Source: Roseibacillus sp. (lineage in GTDB: Bacteria; Verrucomicrobiota; Verrucomicrobiia; Verrucomicrobiales; Akkermansiaceae). Taken from it: 64,000 nt of DNA. Positions within the stretch are counted from its first letter, which is position 1. Each line of letters opens with the position of its first letter. Position numbers and translations under genes: made by a program. This document shows positions 58,115-64,000 of this stretch, piece after piece. The notes beneath the pieces were generated by a model, which ran no database searches, was not told the origin of the DNA, and saw only the letters and a list, made by a program, of their open reading frames with translations. Location of the stretch: NCBI GenBank assembly GCA_051251855.1, contig JBPOGI010000006.1, positions 192,001-256,000 on the forward strand. Reading direction: 5' to 3'.

Positions 58115-61100
58115 TTACTTCAAGGTTCTCAGGTAGGCGAAGAGGTCGGCGACTTGTTGGTCGTTCATGCCGAGGAGGAGGCCTTCGGGCATGAGGGAGC
58201 GTTTGGAGATGGAGTGGGTCTCGATGTCGGACTTGGCGATGATGCGGTCGTCGGCTCCGATTTGGCGGATGGTGATTTTCTGGTCGTCTTCTTCGGCCAT
58301 GAAGCCGCTCACAAAGCTACCGTCGCGGAGCTTCAGGTCATGACGATAGTAACTGGTTTCGAGGGAGGCGTTCGGATCGAGAATGTTGCGAAGGAGGGAG
58401 GTGTCGCCCATCACTCCAGCACCACTGAGGTCGGGTCCGATTTTGCCACCGATGTTGTTGACCATGTGGCAGGCGGCGCAAGCTCCTTGATACATTGTCT
58501 TGCCGTTGGCGACGTCGCCAGAGGCTTGGATGATGGCTTGGTATTTCTGGAAGGTTTGTGCGATTTGGGCAGCTTCGGCGATGGTGATGAGAGTGGGAGC
58601 GGAGCTCGAGGGAGTGAGGCGTGCTTTGCCGGCGAGGGCGAGGTCGGGGAGGTCTCCGGCGAGGCGAGCGAGAAGACCTTTGGGTGGGTGAGTGTCGGCG
58701 TGGCTGACTTTCATGCCGCCGTGAATCGCGGCTTCGTCGAGGGCCTCGTTCCAGAGGCGGACTTCCATCACTTCGAGAGCGGAGGGGCCGATGAGGAGTT
58801 TGGTGAGGTCGCCGTTGAGGGGCTTTTTGGCCGTGGAGCCGAGGACGCCGTCGAGATAGAGACGGGCGATGCCTTTTTGGTCGCGGGTGAGGGCGTAGTG
58901 GGTCCATTGGCCGGGGGTGGTGGCGGTTTTGGCGACAACGAGATTCTGGGCGCGGCGGCCTTTTCCAGAAAGAGCAAGGCGACCTTTGTTGAAAGCGAGT
59001 TGGGCGTTGGGTCCGGTGAGGAATTTGATGCTGGAGTTCATTTTGCCGTTGAGGCGAATCCAGCCTTCGATGGTGAAGGGGCCTTTGAGGGTGAGGTTTG
59101 GTAAACTGACGTGACCTCCGTTGAGGCGGATAACCATGGGGACGCTATCACCGAGTTTGGCGAGAAGCTCTTTGGCGGTGGGGTGTTCGCCGAGAGCGAT
59201 GATGAGCTTTTCAATGGAGCCGCTGTCGATGCCTGCGAAGTTTCCTGAGAGAACGGATTTGCCAAAGGCGACTGCTTTCTCAGTAGAATTGATGAGGCCG
59301 TCGATAGCGGATTGTTTGCCGGTGGCGCTGAGTTGGGTCCAGCGACTTGCTAGAGAGGGGATGGTTTCGGTTCCGGCAGCGGTGGACCAAGCGATGAGGG
59401 CTTCTTGCTGCACGGATTGGTCGGGATGTTTGCTGAGTTTTTCGCAGAGTGAAGCGTCCACGGGGCCGAGTTCACGTAGGCAACGGAGTCCGGCGGTGAT
59501 GGTTTCGACTTTGTCGCTGGCGAGGAGCCAACTGGCGATGTCGGCTTGGAGAGGTTGCAGGCGGTGACGTTGCGCGGCCTGCATCACGATGTTCTCGGTG
59601 GTGGCGTTATGGTCTCGCGCGATGAGTTGTCGTGAGGCTGCGACGAGGAGTTCTGAGAGAACTGGGTTGTTGGAGTCGGGCTCCGCTTGGGAGAGCGCGG
59701 CGAGCATGCTCTGCTGGCGGGTGGGATCGTTGAGGAGTTTTTCGAAGCCGGCGCGAACTTTGGGTTGCTTGAGTTGGCTGGTGATGAGGGAAAGCTCGAT
59801 GGCGGTGAGAGGGCGTTCCAGTTGGGGAATCATGGGGAGGAAGGCGAGGGCTGCTTGAGCAGGGTTAAGGGCCTGCATGGCGAGGAGACGGTTCTCGGTG
59901 GGGAGATCGGGGGCGTCGGCCAGCATTTGGGAAGTGGCCTCGGGATTGTTTTCCATGGCCCAGCGGGCGAGGAAGCGTTCGAACTCGCGCTCGTACTGGG
60001 TGAGGCGGTCGGCTTTGGGAAGGGCGGCTTTGCCGAGAAGGGCGGCGGCTTGCATCGCACCGGCATCGGTTTGGGGGCGGCTCACGAGGGCTTCGCCGAG
60101 AGCGCTGCGAACGCGGACCTCGGAGTCGTTGGCGGCGGTTTGAGCGAGCTTGGCAAAGGTGGCGGAGTCCGCGTTTCGTCCCGCGAGGCGGATGACTTCG
60201 GCGCGAAGGTTGGGTTCGCGGTCGGTGGCCAAGGTGGTGAGTAGTTCGGCGTCGATTCCATGCAATCCTTCGATGGCCCAAAGGGCGGCGAGGCGGAGGT
60301 CGAGGGTTTCGGAGGATGCCTGAGAAAGGGTCTTAAGAGAGGGCAAAAGGTCGGTGGCTTGACGGTCGATGATTTCGAGCCAGCTCAGGCGTTGAACCAG
60401 GGCGCTGTTGTGACGGAGGAAATCTAACAGTTCATTATTGCTGGCCTTGGCAAGATTGGGTGGATTGGTGTGGGGTTGGCTCTTGTGACGGATGCGCCAG
60501 ATGCGGCCGCGGGTTTTGTCGCGCTCGGGGTGATTCTGGGGCACTTCGCCGTGGGAGATGATTTTGTTATACCAGTCGACGATATAGAGCGCGCCATCGG
60601 GACCGAATTTGATAGCGACGGGGCGGAACCATTTGTCGCCGGAGACGAGCAAGTCGCCGTCTTTTCTCCACTCATAGCGATTATTGCCGAGGGGTTTGCC
60701 GGTGACGATCTGGATGCTGCTGGTGAGGGGGTTGGCGAGGTAGAAGGTTTTGACTCCGTTTTTGGCGAAGGGACTGCCGCGATCCTCGGCCAAGACCATA
60801 CCGCTGAGGCCGGTGCCGCCCATGATGGCTTTGTCAAAGATGGGGGGAAGGATGGGTTGGTAGGGTTTCAGTTTGGCGGTGCCACCAGTGTCGAGATAGA
60901 CGCCGAAGTCGTATTTGGCCACGGGATAGCCTTTGTCGTTCGCTTCCTGGATGAACCATTCGCCATCGCGACCGGCGACCATGCCCCAGACGTTGTTAGG
61001 GCCGGTGGTGGTGACTTGAAAGTCACTGCCGTCGAGCTGCATGCGCGCGACGCGACAGCGGTCCATCTTGATTGTTTTTTGACCGTTGATGAAAGTGCTG

Positions 61101-62359
61101 CCATCGGGACGGCGGACTTGGGAGAAGTTACCGAGGCCTTGATTGAGATACATCCAGCCGCCGGGGCCACGCATGAATTGGTGGGGGAAGAGGTGGGAGT
61201 CTTCGATGCCGAATCCTTCTAACAAAGTGACGTGTTTGTCGGCCTTGCCATCGTTATTGGTATCTTGGTAGTGACGAATTTCGCTGCCATATTGCGCGAT
61301 GACTCCGTTCTTGTAAGGAAGGATACCAAGGGGAATGGCGAGGCCTTTGGCGAAGACGCGTGGGGTCTGTAGGCCCGGGGCGGTGGGGGTGTCGAAGACG
61401 AGGAGCTTGTCGGTGCCTCCGGTCTTGAAGAGGTTCTCGGCTTTCGCTTTCTCTTTCTTGGCATCGACGGGGTAGTCGAGCGCGGTCATGGTCCACATGC
61501 GGCCCTGAGGGTCGAAATCGACGGCGACGAATTTACCGATTTCGTCCGTCTCTTGAGCGACGAGTTCGGCCACGAAACCATCGGCGAGTTCGAAGGTGGC
61601 GAGCTGGTCCTGAGGGGTCTGGGGGATTTTTGAGACATTGAGCTGCTGGTAGGCGATGCGTGCTTTGTCGGCCCACCACGCTTTGGTGTCCTTTGGGTCG
61701 ATACCACCATCGAGCTTCTTGAGAGTGATGTTCTTGAACTCAACTCTGTTGCTCCCAGCTTGCAGTTCGAGAGCGAAGTAACCGCGGTAGGGGACGGAGG
61801 GTTCGGTTTCCACGAAGTTTGCGGTTTCAAGTCCGTTGATGAAAAGCTGAATACGAGGGCCGTTGGCGCGAATGAGGTATTCGTTCCAATCGTTCTCTTT
61901 GAGTATGGGGAGAACTTTCTTGGGATTCGCCTTGGCGAGTGAGCCCCGTCCTTTTGTGTCGAAAAGGCTTCCCCAGCCATCGGGGCCATCGATGCGAGCT
62001 TGATAGCCTGTGGCTTGGCCGTCCATTTTCTGGGAACGGAACTGGATGCCGCTCTTGATGACGTTGGTGTTGAGATCTCCCGTGACTTTGAAGAGACAGC
62101 GAAACTCGAAGTGATCGTAGGGCTTTTCGGTGAAAAGGTAGCTGTTGCGGGACATTTTTTTGCCCTGACTGTCACCAATGAGGGTGCCGTTTTCGACGCT
62201 CCAGAAGCCTTGGTCTGCTTCCTGGGTTTGCCATCCGGTCAAGGTATTGCCGTCAAATAGGGGCGTAGCAGCAGGCTCTTGGGCCAATAAGGTGGTGACC
62301 TGCAGGTAAGCGCAGAGGGATGTGAAGAGAAAAAGAGAGGTTCGTTTGAAGGGGTTCAT
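58115..62359 (-). CDS. DUF1080 plus PVC-type membrane-bound dehydrogenase-like protein with HEAT repeats, LamG and heme c domains
   Basis: LFDGNTLTGW, FRPVAIKFGPDGALYIVDWYN, GRIWRI, WTHYALT, CAACH, GPDLSG and SLMPEGL. Confidence 0.87.
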   Translation of the reverse strand: MNPFKRTSLFLFTSLCAYLQVTTLLAQEPAATPLFDGNTLTGWQTQEADQGFWSVENGTLIGDSQGKKMSRNSYLFTEKPYDHFEFRCLFKVTGDLNTNVIKSGIQFRSQKMDGQATGYQARIDGPDGWGSLFDTKGRGSLAKANPKKVLPILKENDWNEYLIRANGPRIQLFINGLETANFVETEPSVPYRGYFALELQAGSNRVEFKNITLKKLDGGIDPKDTKAWWADKARIAYQQLNVSKIPQTPQDQLATFELADGFVAELVAQETDEIGKFVAVDFDPQGRMWTMTALDYPVDAKKEKAKAENLFKTGGTDKLLVFDTPTAPGLQTPRVFAKGLAIPLGILPYKNGVIAQYGSEIRHYQDTNNDGKADKHVTLLEGFGIEDSHLFPHQFMRGPGGWMYLNQGLGNFSQVRRPDGSTFINGQKTIKMDRCRVARMQLDGSDFQVTTTGPNNVWGMVAGRDGEWFIQEANDKGYPVAKYDFGVYLDTGGTAKLKPYQPILPPIFDKAIMGGTGLSGMVLAEDRGSPFAKNGVKTFYLANPLTSSIQIVTGKPLGNNRYEWRKDGDLLVSGDKWFRPVAIKFGPDGALYIVDWYNKIISHGEVPQNHPERDKTRGRIWRIRHKSQPHTNPPNLAKASNNELLDFLRHNSALVQRLSWLEIIDRQATDLLPSLKTLSQASSETLDLRLAALWAIEGLHGIDAELLTTLATDREPNLRAEVIRLAGRNADSATFAKLAQTAANDSEVRVRSALGEALVSRPQTDAGAMQAAALLGKAALPKADRLTQYEREFERFLARWAMENNPEATSQMLADAPDLPTENRLLAMQALNPAQAALAFLPMIPQLERPLTAIELSLITSQLKQPKVRAGFEKLLNDPTRQQSMLAALSQAEPDSNNPVLSELLVAASRQLIARDHNATTENIVMQAAQRHRLQPLQADIASWLLASDKVETITAGLRCLRELGPVDASLCEKLSKHPDQSVQQEALIAWSTAAGTETIPSLASRWTQLSATGKQSAIDGLINSTEKAVAFGKSVLSGNFAGIDSGSIEKLIIALGEHPTAKELLAKLGDSVPMVIRLNGGHVSLPNLTLKGPFTIEGWIRLNGKMNSSIKFLTGPNAQLAFNKGRLALSGKGRRAQNLVVAKTATTPGQWTHYALTRDQKGIARLYLDGVLGSTAKKPLNGDLTKLLIGPSALEVMEVRLWNEALDEAAIHGGMKVSHADTHPPKGLLARLAGDLPDLALAGKARLTPSSSAPTLITIAEAAQIAQTFQKYQAIIQASGDVANGKTMYQGACAACHMVNNIGGKIGPDLSGAGVMGDTSLLRNILDPNASLETSYYRHDLKLRDGSFVSGFMAEEDDQKITIRQIGADDRIIAKSDIETHSISKRSLMPEGLLLGMNDQQVADLFAYLRTLK

Positions 62360-62513
62360 AGGTGATGACTTTGAGCTAACTTGAGGTAGAAGCTGTCGTG
62401 GTTCTGCGAAGGCTAGTTTCTACGGATCACCACGAGAAGTCGTTTCATCGAAATTTAAGAAGGCTCGAGAGATGATAGGGGAGTCTTCTAACAGGAACAT
62501 TGCCGAAGACCTC

Positions 62514-64000
62514 TTAGGGCAAGGTGGTTGACCAATCTCCATTCATAATCTGGCGGACGTCCGATTGAGTCAGGATGCCTAAGAACACGTAAAGTTCGTC
62601 CAAGGAGCCGGTCAGGCAGTTGTGGTTGGCCATTCCGGGGAGACGGTAACGACCAATAGTCATCCAGGATTTCTCATCTGTCCCGGGAGTCGTCTCTGGG
62701 TTATTGGCGAGGAATCCGGTGAGCTCTTCTCTTTCTCCATCGACAAAGAGTTGAATTTGCATTCCTGAGCCGGGTTCAATTTCCCCAGCCATGACCACGG
62801 CGACATGATGCCATTCTCCGTCTGTGAGCTCGGTTTCTCCGGTGGCATAGCCTCGACCACAGTCGAACCGGATGGCGCCTTTTTGCCCAGCATCGGAGTC
62901 GCGGTTGGTGATAATCACGAATTTATGAACCAAGGTTCGAAGGTCACCCCAAGCTACCAATCCATGAGGTATGCGAGCACCACGATTTACGGGAAGCTTG
63001 CACCAGAAGGCGACCGAGCGAGGTGCTGATCCCGAGATGCCCTCCCAGTTGGTTTGCACGAATCCGCCGTGGCCATTCAATTCTATTGCGTTACCAAATG
63101 GTCCGGGGGCAAGGTTTGGAGTACCGTTCCGTTTCTTAAGGGTGGCTGAAACTTGCTCAAGTCCGGGCAGGTTGCCGTTCACTTCCAGTTGTTCCTCTTC
63201 TAAATGGTCAAAGCTCAAGTGAAGATAGGGTAGCTTTTCTCTCAGCGACGTCTTGAACAACTGGGGAGAAGAATCAATGGCATTGAAGTGTCCTATTGAG
63301 CCGATGATTCTGGATTCGATGCCGGTGAGAATTTCTTTCGTTTTGAGACGTCTACGACTTTCAATTTCCAGTTTCCCCTTGAAGAGATGAACGTGGTCGA
63401 GTTCGTGGGGACTGGAGACGACCCCAAATTCAGTTCCAAGATCGGTGACTAAGATGTCGGGAGTCAGAACTTGAAATCCAACAGCAGAAGGGGGAACGAC
63501 ATAATGAATCACTCCTTCTTTTTGAATGATCTGATCTTTTTCTTGAATCGTCAGATCCGCGGGTGCTCGTACGATGGCTTGTACGCCGCTTTTTAAGGTG
63601 AGCTCCACCGTGCCTTGGCTGAGTAGAAGTCTGGAGCCAATCGCAAGCTCGTCAGGGTCATGGCCTCGGCTCTTTTTTGCATGGGAAACATGGAACATCG
63701 AGTCCTCGGTATGCTGAAAAGTGACAAGAGGGGCCGAATGTTTCAGCCAAATGACACTCATCACAAGGCCTGCCAGCAAGAGAAGGGCCGCCGCGGCGAG
63801 AGCCGATCGTTTTAAGATTCGGCGTTGTTGTCGTTGGATGACTTCATCCATGGATACGACACTAGGATCGGAAGCGTTCTGGCCCAGCTTTTGATAGAGA
63901 AGCCCGTGAAGGTCCGCAATTTCGAGGAAACGTTCGCGCCCCTCTTCACTTTGCATGAGAGCGGACTCGAGTTCCTTGAATTCTTCCTCGCTGAGATGGC
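62514..64000 (-). CDS. FecR-like anti-sigma protein with a C-terminal LamG domain (5' truncated by the window edge)
   Basis: Single transmembrane segment, GFQVLTP..VTDLGTEFGV, WHHVAVV and GSLDEL; the frame is open to the window end. Confidence 0.87.
   Translation of the reverse strand, partial: HLSEEEFKELESALMQSEEGRERFLEIADLHGLLYQKLGQNASDPSVVSMDEVIQRQQRRILKRSALAAAALLLLAGLVMSVIWLKHSAPLVTFQHTEDSMFHVSHAKKSRGHDPDELAIGSRLLLSQGTVELTLKSGVQAIVRAPADLTIQEKDQIIQKEGVIHYVVPPSAVGFQVLTPDILVTDLGTEFGVVSSPHELDHVHLFKGKLEIESRRRLKTKEILTGIESRIIGSIGHFNAIDSSPQLFKTSLREKLPYLHLSFDHLEEEQLEVNGNLPGLEQVSATLKKRNGTPNLAPGPFGNAIELNGHGGFVQTNWEGISGSAPRSVAFWCKLPVNRGARIPHGLVAWGDLRTLVHKFVIITNRDSDAGQKGAIRFDCGRGYATGETELTDGEWHHVAVVMAGEIEPGSGMQIQLFVDGEREELTGFLANNPETTPGTDEKSWMTIGRYRLPGMANHNCLTGSLDELYVFLGILTQSDVRQIMNGDWSTTLP

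Noticed and set aside
1..64000. tRNA, rRNA, intact transposase or integrase genes
   Set aside because: None recognised in the window; a tRNAscan/Infernal run would be needed to exclude atypical RNAs.

Overview
Bacterial chromosomal DNA. The gene content points to Verrucomicrobiota (PVC group): PEP-CTERM, DUF1553/DUF1501, DUF1552/DUF1592, DUF1080, several Cys-type sulfatases, a PVC-type heme CxxCH protein and a FecR-LamG protein. Positions 1-45 kb are mostly core or typical PVC genes: M3 oligopeptidase, efp, a pilB-pilB-pilC-pilin cluster, MoxR, thiL, a TonB receptor, GH97 and sulfatases. This part also holds two thioredoxin-like genes that the ORF track splits at an in-frame TGA in a UxxC motif (candidate selenoproteins), and two copies of an IS4-like MITE. 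Positions 45.2-58 kb are a mosaic hotspot of three minus-strand modules, delimited by a recurring same-orientation 32-bp motif and longer duplicated blocks. The modules are (1) a carboxy(nor)spermidine polyamine operon, (2) an AT-rich SIR2-NTPase-TPR candidate anti-phage gene and (3) a four-gene locus I cannot assign to a described system. That locus encodes a membrane di-iron desaturase-like enzyme, an EamA exporter, a winged-helix-like regulator and a secreted peptide with four AAKGGG(Y/F) repeats. A shared palindromic operator-like site lies upstream of both of its transcription units. It is the best candidate for a new signalling or RiPP-like system. All family calls come from motif recognition by eye; no database search was run.
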